A DNA stretch of 63,422 bases, counting the filler, from Octopus bimaculoides (lineage: Eukaryota), in NCBI RefSeq assembly GCF_001194135.2. It is 6 parts of 6 records of this genome, joined end to end, with 100 filler letters (N's around TTAATTAATTAA, not from the genome) between each part and the next. Parts side by side here need not be neighbours in the genome. Positions count along the whole stretch, not along the records: positions 23,126 to 37,570 come from NC_068981.1; positions 37,671 to 55,703 come from NC_068992.1; 4 more parts are not named here. One strand, given 5' to 3'. Position numbers and translations under genes: made by a program. Of the stretch, positions 25,301 through 39,274 are shown piece after piece (within the stretch, counting starts at the first letter, position 1; each line of letters opens with the position of its first letter). The notes under the pieces are model-generated. The model ran no database searches. It was given only the letters and a program-made list of their open reading frames with translations, and was not told where the DNA came from.

Positions 25301-26197
25301 CTCTGGCCAATAACTGATGAGGATTTCAGGACCTTCTGTGTCTGTTTATTTCCATCTGTTTCTGCATTTATTATATGTTTTTTTGACTTATATATATATA
25401 TACACACATGTATATATATATTTTATACACCGGAGCGAAGACATGTTATGATACAGGTAGAGAAATTTGAAAAGAAAATACGAAACAGGTTATTCCTCCA
25501 AATACAATGTTTCTATACTCAAGATTTTATAACATTTTTCTAACATAACGATTTAAATATATACTTTAACCATGTAACACAAGCCTTCTGTAGTTTTTTC
25601 ACTCTTGCTTATCTTTTATACATCCAACCACGTGCTTTCACATACCAACTTTCTCACCTATATATATATATATATAAATATAGGGATGGTCAGCAGCTTC
25701 CCCTTGCTGGTTTGGCATCTGCAGACTAGACTAGTTTCAGTTTGGGACTGCCATGTTGGCTTGGCGATAACTATTAATTTCCAGTACCGCTGCCGTAGTC
25801 TCCTTTAGAGAGACTTAGAAATATTAATAACTCTATTTNNNNNNNNNNNNNNNNNNNNNNNNNNNNNNNNNNNNNNNNNNNNNNNNNNNNNNNNNNNNNN
25901 NNNNNNNNNNNNNNNNNNNNNNNNNNNNNNNNNNNNNNNNNNNNNNNNNNNNNNNNNNNNNNNNNNNNNNNNNNNNNNNNNNNNNNNNNNNNNNNNNNNN
26001 NNNNNNNNNNNNNNNNNNNNNNNNNNNNNNNNNNNNNNNNNNNNNNNNNNNNNNNNNNNNNNNNNNNNNNNNNNNNNNNNNNNNNNNNNNNNNNNNNNNN
26101 NNNNNNNNNNNNNNNNNNNNNNNNNNNNNNNNNNNNNNNNNNNNNNNNNNNNNNNNNNNNNNNNNNNNNNNNNNNNNNNNNNNNNNNNNNNNNNNNT

Positions 26198-26230
<33 letters not shown>

Positions 26231-26273
26231 CATACATACATATATATATGCATGCACACTTATAACTGCATAA

Positions 26274-26322
<49 letters not shown>

Positions 26323-26716
26323 CACACACAAACACACACACATTTGAAGAGTATCAAGGCAAAGTTGGCCCCAGTAATATTTGAACTTGGAGTGCAGAGA
26401 TCCAAAGTAACACAAGGTATGAGACACCCTAACCACTCAGTAAATTAGCAAACTTTGGCAGCAAACAAAATGTATTTTCATATTTATGCAAATGATATTT
26501 TGGAACGTATAACAGTTTGAAGTAAAGTTGTTTTGTGCTGGTTTGTGGAGAAATCTTTTTAGGTTTTGAAGTCACCAACAATGCAGAGCAGAAGCATTGA
26601 GAAGTTCTGCCAGAGACGCATCTCAGCAGCTGCTTCGTCGGGTTTCATCTCGCTGTTTATGAAGTTGTAGTAATGCATCAAAGATAGGAATTTTATTCTC
26701 CAAACAATTATTACTC

Positions 26717-26789
<73 letters not shown>

Positions 26790-27556
26790 NNNNNNNNNNN
26801 NNNNNNNNNNNNNNNNNNNNNNNNNNNNNNNNNNNNNNNNNNNNNNNNNNNNNNNNNNNNNNNNNNNNNNNNNNNNNNNNNNNNNNNNNNNNNNNNNNNN
26901 NNNNNNNNNNNNNNNNNNNNNNNNNNNNNNNNNNNNNNNNNNNNNNNNNNNNNNNNNNNNNNNNNNNNNNNNNNNNNNNNNNNNNNNNNNNNNNNNNNNN
27001 NNNNNNNNNNNNNNNNNNNNNNNNNNNNNNNNNNNNNNNNNNNNNNNNNNNNNNNNNNNNNNNNNNNNNNNNNNNNNNNNNNNNNNNNNNNNNNNNNNNN
27101 NNNNNNNNNNNNNNNNNNNNNNNNNNNNNNNNNNNNNNNNNNNNNNNNNNNNNNNNNNNNNNNNNNNNNNNNNNNNNNNNNNNNNNNNNNNNNNNNNNNN
27201 NNNNNNNNNNNNNNNNNNNNNNNNNNNNNNNNNNNNNNNNNNNNNNNNNNNNNNNNNNNNNNNNNNNNNNNNNNNNNNNNNNNNNNNNNNNNNNNNNNNN
27301 NNNNNNNNNNNNNNNNNNNNNNNNNNNNNNNNNNNNNNNNNNNNNNNNNNNNNNNNNNNNNNNNNNNNNNNNNNNNNNNNNNNNNNNNNNNNNNNNNNNN
27401 NNNNNNNNNNNNNNNNNNNNNNNNNNNNNNATATATATATATATACACACATATATACAACAATTGCAGCATGGAAGGTGTTTATAAACCATCTAAAAAC
27501 ACAAAAACCGTTAGATTCACTTCAACATTTAAATTTAATTTGCCAAAATATTTTCG

Positions 27557-28009
27557 TCACTTTGAGACCACGACCTGTTCACTGACAAAATTCCACACGG
27601 AACTTCTTCCTTCACTGTTAACTTGGTCACCTAAGTAACAAAAGCTATATGCTTCCTCTAAGAATCTCCCTAGACATTTGACGGAGTCTGTTCTCTGTAC
27701 ATTCTTAGTGTTTATTGCATCTGTACATTTACCACACACAAGGACAACTTTCTTTGTTACCCTTCCTCTGGTATTGCTGCACCTCTTATGTGTCCATAGC
27801 TTGCACAGGGTGCATCTTATGGAGATTCTGCAGATGCCTTTTCTACATATTAAGCAAGGCAGTCTCCCTGAAAGGATTTGGAATTTGTCTGTTTTCCTAC
27901 TTACCAAGACTTTGGTCTTTGCTAAACTAACTCTAAGGACTTTACGTCCAATGGCTTTAAGAAGAGCAGCAGAATTCTTGGCTAAACTCTGGTGATCTTG
28001 GGAGACCAA
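27557..28009 (-). mobile_element. RTE ORF2 fragment (RT C-terminal part with PHD finger)
   Basis: LRVSLAKTKVL...CLIC-x10-CTLC-x4-H-x2-C-x14-CGKC...FCYLGD; paralogous to 30330-30670. Confidence 0.85.
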
Positions 28010-28499
28010 AGACTAGAAGTAGTCCTATACAGCAAATTGTGTCACGATAACAAATACCCTGCTCCACAAATCAATGAAATTATATCGATCCCACAACAAC
28101 GAGACCCTCAATAAGATTGAGAATATTAGTAACAGAAGCAATCAATGGGAGACTGTACCCTTTGATTAGGATAGCTTCTGAAATTTTGCTCTTGAAAAAT
28201 TTTGTAGCCATACCAAAATAAAAAGAAATAAAAACACATACAGTGCCAAAATGAGATTTATATAAATATAAATAGGCGTTTTCTCACTTTTGTTCCAGTT
28301 TGAAGTCAATGATATGTGAGAGGGCTCAGTATTTCAAAGAAGCAACAAAGAAACTATCAGAGAAAACTATTGGCTAAAACCCTTGAGAATATATGAGGAG
28401 CCAGAAGTAATCTATAAAGAAAAGTGGTCAAAGCTAGAACAGAAATGTTAAGCAACACTGACAATGTTGTTAAAGCTGATGGTACAAAGAACTTGAAAA

Positions 28500-29850
28500 A
28501 GCATTCAAAACAGAAGTTAAAATACAAAAAAAAAAGAAAAAAAGAAAAAATTCCAAGGTAAAATGGAATGACTAGAAACTGACTTCAAAAATAACAACAG
28601 TGATGAATTTTTGAAGTTAATCTCTGGAATGAAGAGAAAGAAGAGAGAAAAATATATGCAGAGCCTAAAATAGATAAAGCCAGAAGGATATATAAACGAA
28701 CAGAACTGTTTCAGAGATGGAAAGAATATTATGAACAGCACTGAATTCTTATGCAAGTAAGAAGCAATATCAGAAATTGCAGAGGGTGCAGCCGATGAAG
28801 ATATTTGGGCAGAAATAACAAAAGAAGGAAAAACACAGCCAAAAGAATGAAAGCCTCTAAATCCCCAGGTACAGATATGACCAATGTTGAAGAATGAAAA
28901 ATAGACAGGAAATTTATGGATAAAAGATTACACATAATATTCAACAAAAATCACATTCTAAAACACTCAAATCCCATGCTGGTAAGTGCAATACATATTG
29001 TGGGTGACAAATAATCCAGGGCATTTTGTTCTCTTATCAATACAAGTGTTCAATACAGTCCTTCTTGAAAGTGAAACCAAAGAAGAAACAAGAGAAAGAT
29101 AATTAGATTTTACACCTGGTATAGGTACTGTTGAGGACATTTTTGTAGCCAGACAAATTACTGAAAAATCAAAAAAACATCGAGTGTCCTTACACTTCAT
29201 CAATTTCATCATTTTTCCATATAATGAAGACCCTATAAAAGTTTATCAACAGCAACAGGTGTAGAGCCCAAGATAGAGTATTCGTTGGTCATGGATGGTC
29301 AGTTGATGGAATGGCTTGAAGTAGACATAGTTGTAAGATACAAGTGCCTGGTAACCCCAACCCTTTTCCTCACTTTCTTGGAATTTGAAAGGAAAGAAGT
29401 GGAAGACTGGAGGAAAGTCTGACATTCACTGACTCCATCTCCAGAAATATTAATTAAACTGACAGGACAAGGCTAACAACATCTATGATCTTTGATAAAC
29501 TGAAAATATTTTGTAAACACAAAACTTGAAAAGAAAATGGAATATGAAAATATCTGGTGCATATCTGGTCCTGAAGTAGAATGAGTTTGTGCTTCTCAGT
29601 AACATCAAATAAATCAGAAAACATGAATAGATAGGTTGCATTAACGTCTACGATGTTTGCAAGACTAGGAAACAAGCAGAGATGCAAAGTCAGGTTGTAC
29701 ATCCTTGCTTCCGTATTCACAATCTAAGCCTCAGAAATGTGGTTCATAACATCTGAAAATATACAAACACTGGAAGTTTTTTTTATGAGTGTTTACTATC
29801 AATGTTAGGAAGAATCAATTACTACTATGAGAGAAGTCCTTCCCATGGGG
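28500..29850 (+). pseudogene. Old, heavily decayed RTE-like LINE ORF2
   Basis: Frameshifted motifs KSPGTD, LDFTPGIGTVEDIFVARQITEK, VRYKCLVTPTLF, KYLVH, SEMWFITSENIQTLEVF. Confidence 0.7.
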
Positions 29851-31720
29851 TACATCGGGAGAGAATCTACTTAGATGAGATGCAGTTCAGTTCTGTGCCA
29901 GGTAGAAGCACCACTGATGCTATATTCCTGGTACGGCAACTGCAGGAGAAATACCTAGCCCAAGATAAACCCTTATACTTGGCTTCTGTGGACTTGGAGA
30001 AAGCCTTTGACAGGGTCCCTCAATCCCTTATCTGGTGGGTGATGCAGAAACTAGGGATTGACGAATGGTTAATAAGGGCTGTACAGGCCCTATACAAAGA
30101 TGCTGTTAATAAGGTTAGGGTTGACAATGAGTATAGTGAAGAATCCTGGGTAGAAGTAGGGGTCCACCAAGGATCAGCACTTAGCCCCCTCTTATTCATC
30201 ATAGTCCTCCAGGCAATAATAGAGGAATTCAAAACAGGTTGCCCCTGGGAGCTCCTCTATGCTGATGACCTGGCCCTCATAGCAGAATCACTAGCAGAAC
30301 TAGAGAAGAAATTTCAGGTGTGGAAGCAAGGTTTAGAATTGAAGGGCCATAGAGTCAATGTTGCAAAGACCAAAGTTCTATTAAGTAGGAAGGCGTACAC
30401 ATCACAAACCCCTTCAGGTAGATGACCCTGCTCAATCTGTAGAAAAGATGTAGGTAGAAACTCTATAAGATGTACCCAGTGTAAGCTATGGACACATAAG
30501 AGATGCAGCAAAATCAAAGGAAGATTTACCGGGAAGATGGCTTTCGTGTGTGGCAGATGCACGGGCAATAAACACCACAGATGCTCAGAAAACAGATTCC
30601 ATCACATGCCATGGGAAGAAAGTAGAAGTAGTTGATGGCTTCCGCTACCTATGTGACCAAGTCTGTAGTGGGGGTGGATGCTCAGAGAGTGTTACCACTA
30701 GAATAAGAATAGCCTGGGCAAAGTTCAGAAAGCTACTACCTCTACTTGTGACAAAGGCCTCTCGCTCAGAGTGAAAGGTAGATTGTATGATGCATGTGTG
30801 CGAACTGCCATGCTTCACGGCAGTGAAACATGGGCTGTGACTGCTGAGAACATGCATAGGCTTGAAAGAAATGAAGCTAGCATGATCCGCTGGATGTGTA
30901 ACGTCAGTGTGCACACACGACAGAGTGTAAGCGCCCTGAGAGAAATATTGGACATAAGAAGCATTGGATGTGGCAGTAAGAGAGACGTTTGCGTTGGTAT
31001 GGTCATGTACTGCGGATGGATGAGGAGAAATGTGTGAGGAAGTGCCACTCCCAAACAGTGGAAGGAACCCATCGTAGAGGGAGATCCAGGAAGACATGGT
31101 ATGAGGTGATGAAACATGACCTTCAAACGTTGGGCCTCACAGAGACAATGACAAAAGACCGAGACCGCTGGAGATATGCTGTGACTGTGAAGACCCAGCA
31201 AATAAAGTGAAACTGCAGCTGTAACCTACAGTAGTGTCGTATAAGCAGCCCACTCAAAAAAGTACCTTTGGATCATAGGGCGACACACCGTGCTTGAGGA
31301 AACCTATGGAGTCAAGTAAAATCAAAATCAAAATCGAATCAAACCACAATCAAATGGAAATTGCAGTTGTGGCTAATGCCAGCGCCACCTGTCTGGCTCC
31401 CCGTGCTGGTGGCACGTAAAAAGCACCATCCGAACGTGGCCAATGCCAGTGCCGCTTTGACTGGCTCCCATGCCGGTGGTATGTAAAAGCACCATTCAAA
31501 CATGGTCGATGCCAGCCCCCTCTGGCCCCTGTACCGGTGGCACGTAAAAAGCACCCACTACATTCTCAGAGTGGTTGGTGTTAGGAAGGGCATCCAGCTG
31601 TAGAAACATTGCCAGATCAGATTAGAGCCTGGTGCAGCCTCCTGGCTTTTGCAGACCCCAGTCGAACCGTCCAACTCATGCCAGCATGGAAAACGGACGT
31701 TAAATGACGACGACGACGAC

Positions 31721-31752
<32 letters not shown>
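29850..31752 (+). mobile_element. 5'-truncated RTE LINE (RT with YADD, PHD insert, 3' UTR, (GAC/GAT)n tail)
   Basis: DEMQF..VPGRSTTDAIF, DLEKAFD, GVHQGSALSPLLF, LLYADDL, FRYL, GSETW, RGRSRKTW; few stops or frameshifts. Confidence 0.92.
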
Positions 31753-31755
<3 letters not shown>

Positions 31756-32899
31756 GTATTACTAAAATATCTTAGTATATCCAGAAATGTGTGACAAGCA
31801 AACTGATGCGAACATTAATCCTTGACAAACTGTACTCTTGATTTTTTTTCTATTTAAAACATTCTGACTCTTGGGAAACTCATGAAAGTCACAGCTTCTC
31901 ATTTTTTCTTCCAATAAATGGTATTCTTCAAGCCTCTGTAAGGAATCATTAGATTAGAAAATCTTTCAAAACCTTCCTCCCATAAAGCTAATGGCTTGTC
32001 ACTAATATGTAAATGATATGACAAAATGTCTATCAAAAGAAATTGTAAGACTCTTCTCTACATCTACCTCTCACTTCACAAAAATAGCTTAGAAAAAAAA
32101 CACATGTACAAAAACAACACAAACCAAAAAAGAAAAATGAAAGTTTCCGCCATCAACCTGCTTATGGGAAAGTAAACAGCTAAAACTAACAACACTTCAG
32201 TTCCACTACTTGTGAGTGATTGATTATCGTGCTTTGTCATTGAATGTTTTTATATCTGAGTTTTGTGGAGCAATTAGAGATAGAAGCTTGGATAATATTC
32301 AAGACAGCCATATTCCATTAGGGATTTGGTGTTGGGTGGATGGTTGTCACTTGAAGATCAAAGTGTGAATAACATTTGAAAACAGAAAACGAAAAGCAAA
32401 ACTAGAAAGTAGCATTTTGCTAAGTGTGGTTTAATGTTAGATAAGACATGAAAACCCTTTTTCATTTCTTAGAGCTTGTGTCAAAGATTGGGTTAAAGAT
32501 CATTAAACATTTTTTTTTTTAATCTTTTATGATGCTTATATACTTTGCCTGTTATGAATTAGATTAGGTATCCATTCTCCTGGAAGTTTCCTCTCCCTGT
32601 TCAATGAGGTTTGTTAGAGATTAAGTTGACGGTTTATAAAAGAATATATTTGAACACTCACTAGTAAAGTATAATACGGAATAAAAACGAAGTAGCATGT
32701 GGAAATGGAACCTGTGTCTTCTAATTGACACAATGTGAAATGGATGACGTTCAGGGCAGAATAAGAAAATGACTTTTAAATGAAGTGAAAAATTAAGTTT
32801 TAAAAATACATCGAAAGATGGGTAACTAGGCAAGATGTCAGTCGATGTCCAACACACCATACTGACTCGTTCATCGTTCTATCTCGAGTTCCATCTATG

Positions 32900-34385
32900 C
32901 TTTATTAAAAGAGATTGTTCTATTGCAAGCATTCGGAGTAGGTTCCCTGCTAGCAAGATTATTATGACTCTCCACAGGGCATTAACACACTATGCACCTC
33001 CCTACATGTCACCATCCTTCTCTCAATCCAACCAAAACCTTCACATCACTTACACGCAACTCTCACTTCTTACTTCACACACTCCAAATCACAAATTTGT
33101 CAACCTCCACCTGTTGTCCACTTTTACTTACACTATGTACTAAAAATTCATTCCTAAAATGGTGTCAGTACTCCTACAAGACATCAATCACCTATATATC
33201 AGTAACAAAGACTCCCAATTACCTTTGCTGAAAGCCTCCTTCTTTCCTTTCTAAATACATTTCTTTTCTCAACCCTTCCATAAACGCTTCCAACCACCAA
33301 CAATTCTTTGCTTTTAATGATGGCTACTCTCACACTCTCACATCAAAGACATACATCTCAATCCCCCCCCCCTCTGAATTCATTGTTCTTCGTGACTCAC
33401 AACCTCTAACGTAGCCCTCAAACACATCCTATGCCGATGCAACCGATACAGAAAGCAAATATCTTGCAGTCCTCAACAACTCTCTGCTTCAATTAGTTTT
33501 ATCATCCACAAGCATCTCTACCATTACTCTGGCAAACCAAAACATCTTCTGGTCTTTTTATCATCTCAAAACTGGGCCTCTTACCAGATCATCGCTGACT
33601 CTGCCTCTATCAAGTCATCTGTTATGTATTCCATACTTCACACGTTAGAAGCAATCAGATTTAGATGTGCATCTTTTTAAGCAAGTACTTCTATATCCTA
33701 TACACAGCTAAACTTCTGAAATCCAAGATTCTGAGTGATTCATTCAAAGTACCACTGCAGCAGTTCAATGCAGTTTATTAGGGGAAAAGAAAAAAAATCA
33801 TTGATTGTTACAAACTGGGAAGTTCTTACCCAGTATCACAGTTCCTGCAAGACAAACATCAGAGTGCAAAGGATGACTCCATGCCTTGCACAGCCCTGCG
33901 AAATCCATTCTTATAAGTTGTTCTTTTAGTCCTTTTGGAATAAAATCTTTGAGGAATCCCACTTTCCTTTACTTCTCCGCAGTTCTTCTTCAGAGAAAGG
34001 CTCCACATTTTTTGCCCATGCACACTCGAGTTAATTTCCGCCAAAACTATCCCTTTCCACTCTACCAGGCTCACTACCACGCTCAGATACACGAAAATAC
34101 AAAGCACTGGCGCTGACAGTGTCCTCAATGAGTTTCAGACTTATCCCCATCAAACTATCCAATCTCCTGCCTCTCTCACTTTTCTCTCTATCCTGTTCTC
34201 TGTTCTTAATGACTACCAGTATGGCTTCTGTAACGAGAGATCTACAAGAGACCTTCTCTGCTATTCACCCAACAGGAAGCTCACCCCCTCTAGAAATCTG
34301 AAGCACTATTGCTGCAAAACGTTCCACCATGTCTGGCCCACAAATCTTCTAAAACTGCCCATTCAGGGCTCCATCTATCTCTCAT

Positions 34386-34446
<61 letters not shown>

Positions 34447-35000
34447 CCCACAGACTACCAAATCTAGTGCTTCGCACATTCTTCCTCTTATACATCAATG
34501 ACTTTATCCTCAAACACAAACAATACACAATTAAACCTTTTAAGATTGCCTCGAATCTTTGACCTTCCACTGATGGTGATTTCTCCTGGTGTACGTACAT
34601 CTTTGACAAAGCAAACGCTGCATCACAAAGACTGATCTTCCTCTTCAGAGTCAGAAGCTTCTTCAACCCCAATCGTCTGCTGATCTACTACAATAGACTC
34701 CTGCTCCTAGATCTGGAATGTTGACGCTGCTATACATACACCTTAGACATCCAGAGGAAGGCCTGTCGACTGATTGCCATGAAGTCTCTCTCTAACACAC
34801 TCCAACACCTCAGACCCACATATAAACTATCTCTTGTCTATAACTCTTCTACCGCTGCTTCACTGGTTGATGTTCTTCGCAGATGGTTGAACTTCTGACC
34901 CTCTTGACTCGCACATTGCCCATATTGTGTTCCCAATCCCTTTACATTCCTCAGGAACCATTGTGCCAAGTTCTTTATGCTCACAGCGTCATTCTTCTGG
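32900..35000 (+). pseudogene. Decayed CR1/L2-like LINE
   Basis: 3' part reads SWCTYIFDKANAASQRLIFLFRVRSFF...IQRKACRLI...FYRCFTG.CS, typical of CR1/L2-group ORF2 ends. Endonuclease-like PDH at ~33590. Confidence 0.6.
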
Positions 35001-36355
35001 AACTCACTCCAACAACCTTCAACTTGCAGCTGTTAAAGAAGAACGTTGATCACACCAGTGTCGGAGGGCCAGCAAAGACCATGGACTCACTTCCTTCACA
35101 AAGATCAACCACGCGCGCACAAACAAACATACACACAAATATAAATGTAGATGATTGGTGACTTTCTCAGGAAAGCTGGTAATATACACTGCTTAATGTT
35201 CCAAGACGCCGACTAGTCAAAGGCTCGATTTCCACCTGACAGCTTTAATGTTTCGTATTTATGTCCACACTTCACAAAAAGTTATTTTTGAGTCAGTATT
35301 AACGAAGCAAAGTTACTTCTATAAATCACAACTCAGACTTTCCTTTAACTCTAGACGTTTTTATGTAATGCTATATTGTCTGATGCACACCAAGTAATAT
35401 ACTAAAAGATAACACTTCAAAATTGTAATTTCAGTCTGAGGCTGCTAAGTCTTGCATCAATACAATTTCAGTTGAATAATCGAGAGACAGAGCAGAAGTT
35501 CAAAACAAAGATTGCTGCCCACTTTTATGTCGTGTGGTAATTCTTCTTTCTAGCATCTTTTAACAGAACAGGAACCACTTTCATCACAACTAAAAAGCAG
35601 TGTAAGATATTGTAGAATATAGACGTTGGCGAAAAACATTTGTCTCAGCAACACTTTGCTCATTGTGAATGAAAGTGTGCCAACATTATTAAATATATCC
35701 ATAAATTCACTGATTCAAATAACTTGGGAGAAAACTTCAGAGTTTTGTTTATTTGTTTTGTTTTTGTAGAAAAATAAGTCATGAAAGGGAAGAATCATCT
35801 AGAAATAAAATAGCTTATTTTAGATTGTAAATCTTGATAAAAAAGAGAAAAGCTTAGGTGATTTGCTTCAGTGATTTTTTTGAATACAGATCTCTATGAT
35901 AGAATCATTAATTTATTTTTATATCTAGCATCATTTTTACTTAAAGAATAATCGATTTTATTGCTTCACTTAGTACTACAGCACAGCCCATGCAAATTAC
36001 ATGTAAATCTTTTATTTTCAGGTAAAATAGCAAAAACGGTGATAAGAAGCAAATGAAAATGTGAAAATCAAACGGAAGATACAGACAAATGATTAGGAAC
36101 ACAACGTGAGAGTCCTTTTCCCCACGTACGTATATACATATACATGCATACACACACACATTAATATATGTGTGTGTGTGTGTGTGTGGTATGCATAAAT
36201 GTGTGTGTGTAGGAGTGTGTGTGTGTCTATACAACCACACACACACATTATGCGTTTTATATTAAACTTGAAAACTTTACTAACCATTGCACTGAGTTTC
36301 ATGTATCTAATTTTTGTCTGGTACACTCACACACATAATATTACTATCAATAATC

Positions 36356-36404
<49 letters not shown>

Positions 36405-36406
<2 letters not shown>

Positions 36407-36639
36407 TTCAGGGACCTTTTGAGCGGGATGGGCTACTCGACCTGAAGAAAATTCTAACTGGGCCCCACCTGTGAGATCATGCGCTGTTTATCTTGATATG
36501 AGAACACCATGTCGCGCACATATGGTTGTGATGCATGTGCCTGGTGTACCCTTATCTGGCGGGTAGTCATGATGGGTATATTGGGCTTCGTATATTTTAT
36601 CCCAGTGTCACTTTGATGACATGCACTGCTCTCTCACTC

Positions 36640-36640
<1 letters not shown>
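36405..36640 (+). mobile_element. SINE 3' part between two (TAA)n tracts
   Basis: Ends gcactgctctctcactcaataataataa. Confidence 0.5.
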
Positions 36641-36716
<76 letters not shown>

Positions 36717-36718
<2 letters not shown>

Positions 36719-37095
36719 GAAAAATGGAGTAGACCCAGAGTGCCGATACTGTAATGATGAAAGTGAAACAGTGGACTACCTAATCTCTGGACCACCCCAT
36801 CTCTGGGTGTAAGGATTTAGCATCCGTAGAGTATAAATCAAGACATGACAGAGTAGTTGGCCAATATCCACATTGGATAATGTGTTGGCATTATAAAATC
36901 AAAACTGCTGACAAATGGTACAAGCACCATATTGAGGCTGTAACTGAGGGAGAAAATGTAACGATTCTTTGGGACTTCCCAGTACATACAAACTGGACCA
37001 TCAAAGCTAATAAACCAAATATTGTTGTGAAAGTCCAAAACAATAAAATCTGTTTATTGATTGTCATGAGCATACCTTGTGATTATAAGATTTTA
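36717..37095 (+). pseudogene. R4/Dong-clade LINE fragment (CCHC knuckle plus restriction-like endonuclease)
   Basis: CRYC....ETVDYLISG...EYKSRHD.V...HW...ILWDFPVHT..TIKANKPNIVV...CLLIVMSIP. Confidence 0.8.
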
Positions 37096-37107
37096 TATAT
37101 ATAGCCT

Positions 37108-37470
37108 GTCCAACCCACGCCAGCATGGAAAGCAGACGTTAAACAATGATGATGATGATTATATATATATATGTATGTATATATACACATACATACATGC
37201 ATACATACATACATACATACATACATACATACATACATGTATACATACATATAAATATGTATATATGTATATATATATGCACATACGTATATATTTATAT
37301 ATATATATATACACATCATTATCATCATCGTCGTCATTTAACGCCTGCTTTCCTTGCTGGCATGGGTTGGACGGTTTGACTGAGGACTGGTGAGCCAGAT
37401 GGCTGCACCAGGCTCCAATCTGATCTAGCAAAGTTTCTACAGCTGGATGCCCTTCCTAACGCCAACCAGG
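37108..37470. repeat. Two RTE tails in tail-to-tail inverted orientation around a microsatellite
   Basis: 37108-37159 (+) and 37315-37470 (-). Confidence 0.8.
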
Positions 37471-39129
37471 AAGGGCATACACACACATATATTTACATAT
37501 ATATATGTGTGTGTGTATGTGTCTATATATGTATATATGTATATATATATATATATACATACATATATATNNNNNNNNNNNNNNNNNNNNNNNNNNNNNN
37601 NNNNNNNNNNNNNNTTAATTAATTAANNNNNNNNNNNNNNNNNNNNNNNNNNNNNNNNNNNNNNNNNNNNTGTATGTATGTGTATGTATGTATATGGGTA
37701 TATATATACGGGTAAAGAAAGGAACGGGTAATATAGTATAGTACAACACAATTATTTGTTTGATCTCCAAATACAATGTAAATAAGTGACTCTACCAAAT
37801 TAAGGGTAGATATGAAATAAAAGTAAGAACTGAGAACAAAATAAATAACTAAGCATTTAGTAGGAAGAGATGAGGGTCAAGTTTTTTCATATGAAAACCA
37901 TAGAAAAAAGTGGTAATAGTAAAGAATGATAAAATATCAAAATATTAATAAATTTTTTTAGTAAAGGGGCTTGTAATGATTCCTAAAAGGTTTGATGGAT
38001 GAACTGTGATCTCTCTTAGCAAAGTAAAGAGACCTAACAATAATAATATAAAATGGAATAATAGACATGTGAACCCTCTAGGGGCAATGAATATAGTCGA
38101 CATATAGGGGATAATAGATAATAAATTGAAAAATTAATAACTAAATTAATAGATAAATAAATTAATAAATAAATGAATAAATAAATAAATTAAATAAATT
38201 AATCTAGTAGNNNNNNNNNNNNNNNNNNNNNNNNNNNNNNNNNNNNNNNNNNNNNNNNNNNNNNNNNNNNNNNNNNNNNNNNNNNNNNNNNNNNNNNNNN
38301 NNNNNNNNNNNNNNNNNNNNNNNNNNNNNNNNNNNNNNNNNNNNNNNNNNNNNNNNNNNNNNNNNNNNNNNNNNNNNNNNNNNNNNNNNNNNNNNNNNNN
38401 NNNNNNNNNNNNNNNNNNNNNNNNNNNNNNNNNNNNNNNNNNNNNNNNNNNNNNNNNNNNNNNNNNNNNNNNNNNNNNNNNNNNNNNNNNNNNNNNNNNN
38501 NNNNNNNNNNNNNNNNNNNNNNNNNNNNNNNNNNNNNNNNNNNNNNNNNNNNNNNNNNNNNNNNNNNNNNNNNNNNNNNNNNNNNNNNNNNNNNNNNNNN
38601 NNNNNNNNNNNNNNNNNNNNNNNNNNNNNNNNNNNNNNNNNNNNNNNNNNNNNNNNNNNNNNNNNNNNNNNNNNNNNNNNNNNNNNNNNNNNNNNNNNNN
38701 NNNNNNNNNNNNNNNNNNNNNNNNNNNNNNNNNNNNNNNNNNNNNNNNNNNNNNNNNNNNNNNNNNNNNNNNNNNNNNNNNNNNNNNNNNNNNNNNNNNN
38801 NNNNNNNNNNNNNNNNNNNNNNNNNNNNNNNNNNNNNNNNNNNNNNNNNNNNNNNNNNNNNNNNNNNNNNNNNNNNNNNNNNNNNNNNNNNNNNNNNNNN
38901 NNNNNNNNNNNNNNNNNNNNNNNNNNNNNNNNNNNNNNNNNNNNNNNNNNNNNNNNNNNNNNNNNNNNNNNNNNNNNNNNNNNNNNNNNNNNNNNNAAAT
39001 ATACGAATTTAAAAGTTAAAAACCTTGAAATATAAATATAAACTGTGAGAACGACCCTTAAGGAATCTAATTAATGATCCCCTAAGGTAAGTTCTTATGC
39101 TATATTGGTAACGGTTGCAACATCCTCTG

Positions 39130-39171
<42 letters not shown>

Positions 39172-39274
39172 GGAGTAAGTACATGAAATGTGCAACAAGG
39201 TGGAAAAAAGAGTACTCAAATACCAGAGGTAGAGTAATATGCTCTATTTAAAAGCAGCAGAAATATAACAAAAG

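Noticed and set aside
25313-25355. CTGATGA core
   Set aside because: No GAAA partner; at best a decayed terminal-repeat remnant.
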